Assembly: GCA_963805625.1 (NCBI GenBank)
Contig: CAWDVE010000019.1
Span: 608,001-672,000 of the forward strand
Direction: 5' to 3'
DNA: 64,000 bases
Source: an uncultured Candidatus Rokubacteria bacterium
GTDB taxonomy: Bacteria; Methylomirabilota; Methylomirabilia; Rokubacteriales; DASRDR01
The notes beneath the pieces are model-generated. The model was not told where the DNA came from. It made no database searches and saw only the letters and a list, made by a program, of their open reading frames with translations. The position numbers and the translations under genes were made by a program. Each line of letters opens with the position of its first letter. The stretch's first letter is position 1. Below are positions 55,604-64,000 of the stretch, piece by piece.

Positions 55604-55649
55604 CTCCAGCCGGCGCTCCTGCGAGCGCCGTGCGGACAAGGAGGATCTC

Positions 55650-56627
55650 ATGCGGCGCAGCATGGTGCAGCTGTTCTGGATCGTGGCGGCCATCGGCTTG
55701 GCCGTCGGGCTCACACACGGTACGGCGGCGGCCTTTCCGGACAAGGACATCACTCTCGTGGTGCCATGGGCCGCGGGCGGCGGGACCGACACGCTGGCGC
55801 GCACGCTCGTGAAGAACGCCAAGAAGTATCTCGGGGTCAACGTCACGGTGGTCAACCGGGTCGGGGGGAACGGCGTCGTCGGGATGAGCTCCGTGGCCAC
55901 CGCCAAGCCGGACGGCTACACGGTCGGCGTCATCACGTTCCACCTGAGCGCCTATCGGCTCATGGGCCTCGCGGATCTCTCGTACCGAGACTTCGACCTC
56001 ATCGCCCTGCTCAACCGGAGCCAGGCCGGCCTGTCGGTCAGGGCCGACTCCCAGTTCAAGACCCTGAAGGACCTCGTGGAGTTCGCCAAGGCGAACCCCG
56101 GCGTGGTCACGGTAGGCCACTCGGGGCCCGGCGGCTCCTGGCATCTCGCGGCGGCCGACCTTGCCAAGAAGCACGAGCTGAAGTTCGCCTTCGTGCCCTT
56201 CGACGGGGCGGCGCCGACCCGGACCGCCCTGGTCGGCGGCCACGTGAGCGTCGCCGCCACGGGGATGGACGAGGTGCTCCAGTTCTACCAGACGAAGCAG
56301 GTCCGCATCCTGGCCGCGGTCAGCCCCACGCGGCATCCCGCCTTCCCGGACGTGCCCACGATGGCCGAGGCCGGGTTCCCCGTGGAGAATCCGATCTTCG
56401 ACTGGCGCGGTCTGGGCGCCCCCAAGGGCACGCCGCCGGACGTCCTGAAGACGCTCCGCGAGGGATTCCGGCAGGCCGCCGAGGACCCGGAGTACATCGC
56501 CCTGCTCGAGAAGCTGGCCTTGCCGCGCGCGTACCTCGACCACGAGAGGTTCCAGGAGTTCCTGGCCGGCATGGAGCGGACCATGGAGCCCACGCTGGAG
56601 ATGGTCGGGCTCCTCAAGAAGAAGTAG
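55650..56627 (+). CDS. tctC: Tripartite tricarboxylate transporter substrate-binding protein
   Basis: VPWAAGGGTD, DGYT, VPFDG, PDVPT, APKGTP. Confidence 0.92.
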   Translation: MRRSMVQLFWIVAAIGLAVGLTHGTAAAFPDKDITLVVPWAAGGGTDTLARTLVKNAKKYLGVNVTVVNRVGGNGVVGMSSVATAKPDGYTVGVITFHLSAYRLMGLADLSYRDFDLIALLNRSQAGLSVRADSQFKTLKDLVEFAKANPGVVTVGHSGPGGSWHLAAADLAKKHELKFAFVPFDGAAPTRTALVGGHVSVAATGMDEVLQFYQTKQVRILAAVSPTRHPAFPDVPTMAEAGFPVENPIFDWRGLGAPKGTPPDVLKTLREGFRQAAEDPEYIALLEKLALPRAYLDHERFQEFLAGMERTMEPTLEMVGLLKKK

Positions 56628-56706
56628 GACTCCGCGCAAGGCGTGCCGCGTGTCGGGGGTGTGCGCACCCGCCGGCGCGCGGCACGGGCTCCGGATCGGA
56701 GAGCGC

Positions 56707-57183
56707 ATGCCGCCCGTGTCCATGAAGCCCGTGTCCATGAGGAAGGTCGACATCCTTGCCGCGCTGATCCTCGTGCCGGTCTGCCTCTACGTCTTCTACG
56801 AGTCCGGCCGATGGCCCATTCCTCCGGACATGGGGAACCCGGCCTGGATCCCGCGCGGGGTCGCCGCCTGTCTCCTGGGGGCGGCCGGCCTGCTGCTCGT
56901 GCGGGCCTGGCAGGGTCGCTCGCTGACACTGCCGGCTCGACTGGCTGGACCGGACCGGGCCCGGGTCCTGTGGGCGGTGATCCTGACGAGCGCCTACGTG
57001 ATCCTGATCGAGCGAGTCGGATTCATCGCGACCACCGCGCCCTACCTCTTCGGCTTCGGCGCGGCGCTGGGCGAGCGGCGGTGGGCACGGCTCGCGATCT
57101 TCGCCCTGGTCGTGCCGGTGGCCATCTACCTGCTCTTCGACGCCGCCCTCCACGTCCCCCTGCCGCGCGGCCTGCTCCGGTGA
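56707..57183 (+). CDS. tctB: TctB small membrane subunit
   Basis: Four TM helices, C-terminal LHVPLPRG; between tctC and tctA; start may be 56707, 56722 or 56737. Confidence 0.85.
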   Translation: MPPVSMKPVSMRKVDILAALILVPVCLYVFYESGRWPIPPDMGNPAWIPRGVAACLLGAAGLLLVRAWQGRSLTLPARLAGPDRARVLWAVILTSAYVILIERVGFIATTAPYLFGFGAALGERRWARLAIFALVVPVAIYLLFDAALHVPLPRGLLR

Positions 57184-57202
57184 CGGGACCCTCGACCCAC
57201 CA

Positions 57203-58714
57203 GTGATCGATCTTGCGCTGCTGTTCCAGGGGTTCGGGACGGTCCTGTCCGGCTACACGGCCGTCGCGCTGATCCTCGGCTCGTTCTTCGGCATCATCAT
57301 CGGCGCGATCCCCGGTCTCACGGCCACGATGGGGATCGCGCTCCTCGTGCCGTTCACCTTCGGGATGACCCCGATCACCGGCATCGTCATGCTCCTCGGG
57401 ATCTACACCGGGGCCATCTACGGCGGCGGGATCGCGTCGATCCTGATCAAGACCCCCGGCACCCCCGCTGCGATGGCCACCGTGTTCGACGGTTACCCCA
57501 TGGCCCAGCAGGGGCTCGCCGGCAAGGCCATCGGGATCGCCACCGTCTCCTCGGGGGTGGGTGGCACCTTCACCGCCCTCTGCCTCGCGTTCTTCGCACC
57601 GATCCTGGCGAACGTCGCCCTGCGCTTCTCGGCCCCCGAGTACTTCGCCCTGGCCGTCTTCGGCCTGTCGGTGACCATCACGCTGTCGGGCCGCTCGCCG
57701 GTCAAGGGCGTCATCTCCGGCGCTCTCGGCTTGCTCCTGGCCATGGTGGGCCTGGATCCCATGGGCGGGTTTCCGCGATTCACGCTCGGCCTCGTGGAGC
57801 TCAGCGGCGGCCTCTCCTTCGTGCCCATGCTCATCGGCCTGTTCGCGCTCTCCGAGGGCTTCCGCCAGGTCGAGACGATCATGACGGCCCCCAAGGTGAC
57901 GGCGGTGATCCGGAACATCCTGCCGGACCTCAAGGACCTCAAGGCCTGTCTCCCCGCCTACCTCCGGGCGTGTCCGATCGGTCTCTTGGTCGGGATCACG
58001 CCGGCGATCGGCGCCGACACGGCGGCCTTTCTCAGCTACGCGGAGACCAAGCGCGCCTCCAAGCACCCCGAGCGGTTCGGCACCGGGGTGCCCGAGGGCG
58101 TCGCCGCCGCGCAGTGCGGGGAGAACGCCAGCACCGGCGGGGACGTCCTGCCCATGATCACGCTCGGCATTCCCGGCGACGCGGCGACGGCGGTCCTGAT
58201 GGGGGCGCTCACCATCCACAACCTGCAGCCCGGTCCCATGCTGTTCCAGAGTCATCCGGACGTCGTGCACCAGATCTTCGCCGGCATGATCCTGGCCAAC
58301 CTCACGTTCGTCGTCCTGGGCCTGGCCTTCGCCCGGTTCTTCGCCCAGGTCATCGACATCGGCCGGACGTACCTCGTGCCGCTGGTCTTCATCTGCTGCA
58401 TGGTGGGCGCCTACGCCATCAATAACGTGTTCTACGACCTCGTGACCTGCGTGGTCTTCGGGTTCATCGGCTACTTGATGCTCCGGTATGACTTCCCGGT
58501 GGCGCCGATGGTCCTGGCCCAGATCCTCGGCGGCATGATGGAGTCGAACTTCCGCCGCGCCCTGGCGATGTCCCGGGGCGACCCGGCGATCTTCCTGACG
58601 CGCCCGATCACGGTGGGCATCCTGGCGCTGGCCGCGTTCACTGCCATCGTCGCAGTGCGCCGGCAGCGCGAGGCGCTGCGGCAGGTGCCGGCCGCGGCCG
58701 GGATGGAGGGCTGA
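57203..58714 (+). CDS. tctA: TctA large membrane subunit
   Basis: GAIPGLTA, PGTPAA...DGYPMA, LGIPGDA, FLTRPI. Confidence 0.93.
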   Translation: MIDLALLFQGFGTVLSGYTAVALILGSFFGIIIGAIPGLTATMGIALLVPFTFGMTPITGIVMLLGIYTGAIYGGGIASILIKTPGTPAAMATVFDGYPMAQQGLAGKAIGIATVSSGVGGTFTALCLAFFAPILANVALRFSAPEYFALAVFGLSVTITLSGRSPVKGVISGALGLLLAMVGLDPMGGFPRFTLGLVELSGGLSFVPMLIGLFALSEGFRQVETIMTAPKVTAVIRNILPDLKDLKACLPAYLRACPIGLLVGITPAIGADTAAFLSYAETKRASKHPERFGTGVPEGVAAAQCGENASTGGDVLPMITLGIPGDAATAVLMGALTIHNLQPGPMLFQSHPDVVHQIFAGMILANLTFVVLGLAFARFFAQVIDIGRTYLVPLVFICCMVGAYAINNVFYDLVTCVVFGFIGYLMLRYDFPVAPMVLAQILGGMMESNFRRALAMSRGDPAIFLTRPITVGILALAAFTAIVAVRRQREALRQVPAAAGMEG

Positions 58715-58716
58715 CG

Positions 58717-58860
58717 ATGGTCATCGACTGTCACGCGCCAACTCCTGGACGATCACGGCAGCGACGCCCAGCTCATCTCGCCGCGCCCCCCTAACCCGAT
58801 GCACGGCGAGCGACCGGCGAAGCTCATCCACTGGGTCGCGGAGGCCTGCCACGAGTCGAC
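58717..58860 (+). pseudogene. Degraded amidohydrolase_2 (LigJ-like) relic
   Basis: MVIDCHA, then LLDDHGSDAQLISPRP in another frame, then MHGERPAKLIHWVAEACHE back in the first frame. Confidence 0.6.
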
Positions 58861-58936
58861 GGGAAGAGCCCGCCCCTGTCCACGGATGCTGTGTTGTATT
58901 GACGGGCTGCCATCCTGGTAGCACCATGGGCGGGCG

Positions 58937-59281
58937 ATGACGCCTCGTTCGACAGCCTACCTGTTCGTGCGATTCGGCCTCGGCCATGCACCCGAGGACC
59001 TTCAACTCCGGGTGACCGGGAACTTCCTCACGCTCCTCGATGGAGCTGAAGAGCGCCCGTCGGCTCTCCTTTTCTACACCGACGGCGTGAGGCTCGTCTG
59101 CGAGGGCTCGCCGGTCCTCGACCAGCTGCGCGGGCTCGAGTCGCGAGGAGCGGAGGTCATCAGCTGCCGGACCTGCCTCGAGTACTTCGGCCTCACGAGC
59201 AAGGTGCGGGTCGGGACGGTCGGAGGCATGCCGGCGATCCTGGATGCCATGGCGCGAGCCGGCAAAGTTGTGACCCTCTGA
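58937..59281 (+). CDS. DsrE/YedF-like sulfurtransferase-domain protein
   Basis: LFYTDGVRL, VISCRTCLEYFG, VGGM; possible promoter TTGACG-N17-CACCAT upstream. Confidence 0.85.
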   Translation: MTPRSTAYLFVRFGLGHAPEDLQLRVTGNFLTLLDGAEERPSALLFYTDGVRLVCEGSPVLDQLRGLESRGAEVISCRTCLEYFGLTSKVRVGTVGGMPAILDAMARAGKVVTL

Positions 59282-59344
59282 CGCGTCACGATGCTGCCCG
59301 GACGCTCGGGAGCCCGGTCGCCGTTCCGCTGGCAGGAGGCATCC

Positions 59345-59977
59345 ATGCGAAGTGATGGCATCAGGATGTTCGCCGTCTCGCTGACAGTGACGGTCGCCCT
59401 GCTCGGTGGACGCGGGAACAGCGACGCGCAGACGCCCCCTCTGCCTCCGGGGCATCCGCCCCTCGGCGGCTCCGGCGGTCAGCGCGGACTTCCCGGGCCG
59501 CCTCCGGACAGCGGAGGCGCTGGCCTCACCTGGAAGTCCCCGGCCGGCTGGACGGAAGAGAGGCCCTCGTCCTTCATGCGCCGCGCTCAGTACCGTATCC
59601 CGGGCCCGGGCGGTCCCGCGGAACTCGTCGTCTTCTATTTCGGCCCCGGACAGGGCGGCGACGCCCAGGCCAACGCGGCCCGCTGGGCCGCTCAGTTTCA
59701 TCGACCCGATGGCCGTCCCGCGGGGGACGCCGCCAAGACTCGCGAGGTCAAGGTCGGTGGCGTCCCCGTGATGCTCGTGGAGGTCACGGGCACGTACGTC
59801 GGCGGAATGGGCAGCGGGCCGAGCGGGGCCGAGCGGCCGAACTACATGCTCCTGGGCGCCATCGCGCAGGGCCCGGATGCCAACTGGTTCTTCCGCGCGA
59901 CAGGGCCCCGTGCGACGCTCGAGGCCCAGCGGGCCGCCTTCGACGAGCTCATTCGCTCGATTCGACCTCGCCACTAG
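59345..59977 (+). CDS. Hypothetical exported protein with LPPGHPP motif
   Basis: AGGAGG RBS, signal peptide, WKSPAGW, GQGGDAQANAARWAAQF, WFFRATGP. Confidence 0.8.
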   Translation: MRSDGIRMFAVSLTVTVALLGGRGNSDAQTPPLPPGHPPLGGSGGQRGLPGPPPDSGGAGLTWKSPAGWTEERPSSFMRRAQYRIPGPGGPAELVVFYFGPGQGGDAQANAARWAAQFHRPDGRPAGDAAKTREVKVGGVPVMLVEVTGTYVGGMGSGPSGAERPNYMLLGAIAQGPDANWFFRATGPRATLEAQRAAFDELIRSIRPRH

Positions 59978-60012
59978 TCACGGCCTGATCCCACTGAGGA
60001 CGTGGCGGTCAG

Positions 60013-60282
60013 TCAGCGCGCGCGGTAGACGTCGCCCCGATGGCCCATCTTGATCACGAGGACGAGAAGCTCGTCATCGTGCACGACGTAGATGACGCGC
60101 CAGTCCCCGACCCGGATACGCATCTCGCCCTCGCCGCCCTTGAGCCTCTCGGCCCCCGGTGGCTGCGGGTCGGTGCCGAGCGCCTCGATCCGCCGGGCGA
60201 TGCGGCGCCTTATCGGGGGGTCGAGAGACGCGAGCTGTCGCCGAGCTGCGGGCGTGAAGGCGATCCGGGAGGCCGGCACCAT
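60013..60282 (-). CDS. relE: RelE/ParE-family toxin
   Basis: RIRVGDWRVIY, GHRGDVY. Confidence 0.9.
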   Translation of the reverse strand: MVPASRIAFTPAARRQLASLDPPIRRRIARRIEALGTDPQPPGAERLKGGEGEMRIRVGDWRVIYVVHDDELLVLVIKMGHRGDVYRAR

Positions 60283-60283
60283 G

Positions 60284-60631
60284 TTACAGCCCGAGTTCGC
60301 GCTTCACCGTCTCCCAGGGGATGAACTTGCCGTGCGCCTCGGCCAGGGCCTTGCGTGCGGCTTCCAGGTCGATCCGGTCCTCGAGGTCACGGATGAGGGC
60401 CAAGTCATCGACGGACACGAGGGCCGCCACGGGACGCCCGTGCCTCTGGATCACGATCCGCTCCCCGCGGTAGCTGACGCGGTTCACGGATTCGCTGAGG
60501 CGCGCCCGCGCCTGGGTGAGGTCAAGAGCTGGACTAGGCTCTCCCGTGCCCCGGGCGGCCATCGGCAGCGCCATGGCGGCGGCCTTCTGGGGCCGCGCGC
60601 GGTCTCGCGGGGTCTTTCGCTTGGCTGACAT
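60284..60631 (-). CDS. Phd/YefM-family antitoxin
   Basis: ARARLSESVNRVSYRGERIVIQRHGRPVAALVS...IPWETVKRELGL; GGAGG RBS. Confidence 0.88.
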   Translation of the reverse strand: MSAKRKTPRDRARPQKAAAMALPMAARGTGEPSPALDLTQARARLSESVNRVSYRGERIVIQRHGRPVAALVSVDDLALIRDLEDRIDLEAARKALAEAHGKFIPWETVKRELGL

Positions 60632-60664
60632 GGGCACCTCCTCGGAGCACACCATCGGCCAAAA

Positions 60665-60688
60665 TGTACAGAATGTCAACCCTGTACA
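60665..60688 (-). promoter_or_regulatory. TA operator with two TGTACA palindromes flanking a TTGACA -35
   Basis: TGTACA at 60665-60670 and 60683-60688; TGTCAA at 60674-60679. Confidence 0.7.
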
Positions 60689-60768
60689 GTTCATGTCTCG
60701 GAGACAGGCGTCCCCGCGTGCGGGGGCGGGCCTGACCCCTGGCCGACCCTGAACGAATCCGGGCCCAG

Positions 60769-62142
60769 CTACCGCCGTGCGAGGGCGTTTCGCGTGAGGA
60801 GCTCCCCGACCAGGTCGTCGAAGGCCGCGACCGTCTCGTCGATGTCCTGCTCCTCGTGGGCCGCCGACGTCATGCCGCCGTTGTAGGAGAGGAGGTCGAT
60901 GCCCCGCACGCGGAAGCCGTTCTGGAGCGCCCGCACGAGGGTGGGATCCATGCTCTTGAGCGTGACGGTGTCGAGCCACCGGTAATCCTCGGGGCGCGAG
61001 ACCGCCAGCTTCGCCCCCGGCGCCTCGAGGTAGATGTGAAACACCGAGCTCTCGCCGTACGCGAGCCCCCGGACCGCGCGGCGCTCGAGCACGCCGTTCA
61101 GGCCCGCGCGGAGCCGGTCGGCGAGGGCATCCGCCCGGCGCGTCGGCTCCCCGGTGGCCACGATGTTGAGGCAGGCGATCCCCGCCGCCGCCGTCAGTGG
61201 TGTCGCGTTGTAGGTGCCCTGGTGCGCGATGCGGCGGAACCGGTCGTGGAAGGCGTCCCCGGTGATGTCGAAGACCCGCATCACCTCGGCCCGGCCGCAG
61301 ATCGCTGCGCCCGGGACGCCCCCGCCGATGATCTTCGCGTGGGTCGAGAGGTCGGGCGTGATGCCGTACCGCTCCTGGGCGCCGCCGGGCGCCCAGCGGA
61401 AGCCGGTGATGACCTCGTCGAAGATGAGGAGCGTCCCGTGGCGCCGCGTCACTTCCCGCAGGCCTGCCAGGAACCCCGGCCGGAGCGGGAGCCGCGCCCA
61501 CGAGCCGCCGCTCGGCTCGAGGATCACCGCGGCGACGTCGCCCCGCTGCCGAAGGATGCGGTCGACCTCGTCGAGGTCGTTGGCGGGGGTCATCACCGTG
61601 CCCAGCCGGAAGCCCGGCGTCAGCCCGATGGACGGCGGCACGTCGTAGGGGGGCGCGAAGCCCGTCACGAGCTCGTCGCCCCAGCCGTGGAAGTGGCCCT
61701 CGAAGCGGAGGATCGTCGGCCGGCCCGTGTGGGCGCGCGCCACCCGGCAGGCCAGCATGTCGGACTCCGTGCCCGAGTTCGTGAAGCGCACCCGCTCGCC
61801 GCACGGCACGAGGGACTGGATCCGCTCCGCCCACTCGACCTGGAGCGGGTGATCGTTGCCGAAGTGGGTGCCGAGCGGCGCCGCCTTGATGACGGCCTCG
61901 ACGATGGCGGGATGCGCATGGCCGAGCAGCAGGGCGCCGTTCCCGACGTGGTAGTCGATGTACCGGTGGCCGTCGACGTCCCACTTGTAGGCGCCCTGGG
62001 CTCGCGCGATGTAGGTGGGGAACGGCAGCGCGTGCCGCACGTCGTGGCCGAGGGCCCCCCCGACCGCCTGCTTGGCCCGCGCGTACCACGCTGCCGATCC
62101 CGCCCGCGTTGCCTGGATCTGCTCCTCGAAGCTCCGTGTCAT
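60769..62142 (-). CDS. Class III aminotransferase (glutamate-1-semialdehyde aminomutase-like)
   Basis: WDVDGHRYID, NSGTE, FEGHFHG, LIFDEVITGFR, AKIIGGG, GTYNA. Confidence 0.9.
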   Translation of the reverse strand: MTRSFEEQIQATRAGSAAWYARAKQAVGGALGHDVRHALPFPTYIARAQGAYKWDVDGHRYIDYHVGNGALLLGHAHPAIVEAVIKAAPLGTHFGNDHPLQVEWAERIQSLVPCGERVRFTNSGTESDMLACRVARAHTGRPTILRFEGHFHGWGDELVTGFAPPYDVPPSIGLTPGFRLGTVMTPANDLDEVDRILRQRGDVAAVILEPSGGSWARLPLRPGFLAGLREVTRRHGTLLIFDEVITGFRWAPGGAQERYGITPDLSTHAKIIGGGVPGAAICGRAEVMRVFDITGDAFHDRFRRIAHQGTYNATPLTAAAGIACLNIVATGEPTRRADALADRLRAGLNGVLERRAVRGLAYGESSVFHIYLEAPGAKLAVSRPEDYRWLDTVTLKSMDPTLVRALQNGFRVRGIDLLSYNGGMTSAAHEEQDIDETVAAFDDLVGELLTRNALARR

Positions 62143-62242
62143 GACTCTCGCTCCCGCTCTCGGGCGTCCGCCGGCGTCGGGCCAGCCGTGCCCTGGTTCA
62201 GATGGTCGATGTCGGTCCCGCTTCCGCTTCAGTGAGTAGAGT

Positions 62243-63223
62243 CTACCGCGCCACGCCGGCCATCTCGCGCGCCACCCGGAGCACCTCGGGCACGTCCGGC
62301 ACCGAGAGCTTCTCGAGCGGCGGGCTGAACGGCTTGGGCACGTGCGGCGACGAGACGCGGCGCACGGGCCCGTCGAGGTACCCGAAGCGCTCCTCGCCGA
62401 CCGTCGCCGCGATCTGGGCGCCCATCGAGCAGGACGCAACCTCCTCCTCCACGATCAGGAGGCGGTTCGTCTTCTCGACCGAGGCGAAGACCGCGCCGTA
62501 GTCGAAGGGCGACAGGGTCCGCGGGTCGATCACCTCCGCCTCGAGCCCGTCCTGGGCGAGGGTGGCGGCCGCGTCGAGCGCCCGCTGGACCATCCGTCCC
62601 GTCGCGACGATGGTGAGGTCCCGGCCCTCGCGGCAGATCCGGGCCTCGCCGAAGGGAATCGTGTAATCGCCCTCCGGCACCGGGCCCTCCACCTGGTAGA
62701 GGAGCTTCGGCTCGAGGAAGATCACCGGGTCCTCGCCGCGGAGCGCCGTCTTGAGCAGGCCCTTGGCGTCGGCCGGGCTCGAGGGGAGCGCGACCCTGAG
62801 GCCGGGGACGTGGGCGAACCAGGCTTCGAGCGACTGGGAGTGCTGGGCGGCCACGCCCTTGCCGAGCCCGCAGGTGGTGCGGACCACGAGGGGCACCCGC
62901 GCCTGGCCGCCGGACATGTAGCGGAGCTTGGCGGCCTGGTTCACGATCTCGTCCATGCAGCAGGTCAGGAAGTCCGAGTACATGATCTCGGCGACGACGG
63001 GCCCGCCGGCCAGGGCCGCTCCGACGGCCAGGCCGACGATGGCGGCTTCCGAGATCGGGGTCTGCCGGAGCCGGCCCGGGTACAGCTCGGCGAGGCCCTT
63101 GTAGACGCCGTAGACCCCGCCCTGGGGGATGAGGTCCTCGCCCAGGATGAGCATATTGGGGAAGCGGGCCATCTCCTCGGCGAGGGCCTCGCGGATGCCG
63201 TCGCGGAACGTCAGCGTGCGCAT
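62243..63223 (-). CDS. 2-oxoacid/acetoin dehydrogenase E1 beta subunit
   Basis: TPISEAAI, AAQHSQ, DAKGLLK, IDPRTL. Confidence 0.92.
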   Translation of the reverse strand: MRTLTFRDGIREALAEEMARFPNMLILGEDLIPQGGVYGVYKGLAELYPGRLRQTPISEAAIVGLAVGAALAGGPVVAEIMYSDFLTCCMDEIVNQAAKLRYMSGGQARVPLVVRTTCGLGKGVAAQHSQSLEAWFAHVPGLRVALPSSPADAKGLLKTALRGEDPVIFLEPKLLYQVEGPVPEGDYTIPFGEARICREGRDLTIVATGRMVQRALDAAATLAQDGLEAEVIDPRTLSPFDYGAVFASVEKTNRLLIVEEEVASCSMGAQIAATVGEERFGYLDGPVRRVSSPHVPKPFSPPLEKLSVPDVPEVLRVAREMAGVAR

Positions 63224-63250
63224 GATCTCGGTCCCCTCTCGCGCGCGGGC

Positions 63251-64000
63251 TCAGGCGGTGACGTCGGTGAGGAGCTCGGAGGCGTCGGGGAACGGGCTCT
63301 GGGTGGCGAAGGCGACCGCCTGGCCCACTTCGGCCTCGGCGGCGTCGACGATCGCCTGCCTCTGCGCGTCGCCGAGCAGCCCAGCCTCGCGGAGCCGCGC
63401 CTCGAACCGGAGGATCGGATCGCGCTTCTTCCACTCCTCGACCTCGGCCTTCTCCCGGTAGACCTGGAGGTCCCCGAGGGAGTGGCCGTAGATGCGGTAC
63501 GTCTTGCACTCGAGGAGGGTCGGGCCCAGACCCGCCCGCGCCCGCGCGGCCGCGGCCGCGGCCGCGGTGTGGACCGCCAGGACGTCGTTGCCGTCGACCA
63601 CGACGCCGGGCAAATTGTAGCTCCGCGCCATGTCGACGACGTGCTCCGCCGCCAGGTTCTCCTTCTGCGACATCCACTGCGCATAGCCGTTGTTCTCGCA
63701 GACGAACAGCACCGGCAGCTTCCAGAGCGAGGAGAGGTTCAGGACCTCGTGGAACGTCCCCCGGGTCGCGGCCCCATCGCCGAAGAAGGCGACGGCGATC
63801 TGTCCCGACTTACGCACCTGCGCCATGAGCGCGGCACCGGCGGCCAGGCCGAGGCTGGCGCCGACGATGCCGTTGGCGCCGAGCATCCCGCACGAGAAGT
63901 CGGCGATGTGCATGGAGCCGCCCTTGCCCTTGCAGGAGCCCGTGGCGCGGCCGAAGAGCTCGGCCATCATCCGGTCCATCCGCGCGCCCTTGGCGATGCA
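63251..64000 (-). CDS. 2-oxoacid/acetoin dehydrogenase E1 alpha subunit (5' end outside window)
   Basis: GKGGSMH, FFGDGA...CENN ThDP motif, TYRIYGH. Confidence 0.92.
   Translation of the reverse strand, partial: CIAKGARMDRMMAELFGRATGSCKGKGGSMHIADFSCGMLGANGIVGASLGLAAGAALMAQVRKSGQIAVAFFGDGAATRGTFHEVLNLSSLWKLPVLFVCENNGYAQWMSQKENLAAEHVVDMARSYNLPGVVVDGNDVLAVHTAAAAAAARARAGLGPTLLECKTYRIYGHSLGDLQVYREKAEVEEWKKRDPILRFEARLREAGLLGDAQRQAIVDAAEAEVGQAVAFATQSPFPDASELLTDVTA

Noticed and set aside
60769-62142. hemL gene symbol; likewise hemE for 18012-18944, argH for 30657-32156 and dapA for the two DHDPS-like genes
   Set aside because: Family membership is clear, but divergence and catabolic context argue against the housekeeping orthologs.
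1-64000. tRNA, rRNA, prophage, integrase or transposase
   Set aside because: No recognisable signatures; intergenic gaps are short and mostly explained.

Overview
A very GC-rich bacterial chromosomal segment. Gene style suggests Candidatus Rokubacteria/Methylomirabilota, but this is inference only. It holds about 60 intact CDSs, and I found no rRNA, tRNA, CRISPR array, prophage or transposase. Main blocks: (1) a translationally coupled DNA-repair operon (class II CPD photolyase, TIGR01777 oxidoreductase, addB, addA) in which the AddA nuclease motif appears lost; (2) two paralogous divergent PaaK/CapK-like adenylate-forming proteins, one coupled to a TauD-type dioxygenase and one sitting inside an ABC operon behind a hidden CapK stub; (3) a MocR regulator facing two small unknown genes; (4) ybbAP/tesA/chaN; (5) a sugar-type ABC transporter with an ArgH-family lyase; (6) a polar amino-acid ABC transporter with tandem ureohydrolases, the first truncated; (7) a tungsten-type aldehyde oxidoreductase operon interrupted by a REPIN-like element; (8) two type II toxin-antitoxin pairs; (9) a tripartite tricarboxylate transporter and DHDPS-like gene flanked by relics of an aromatic meta-cleavage pathway; (10) E1 alpha/beta plus a class III aminotransferase. 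A recurring feature is short gene stubs (PaaI, EthD, Hcp, ureohydrolase, CapK, extradiol dioxygenase, LigJ-like) left at operon junctions. All assignments come from motif recognition by eye; no database searches were run.
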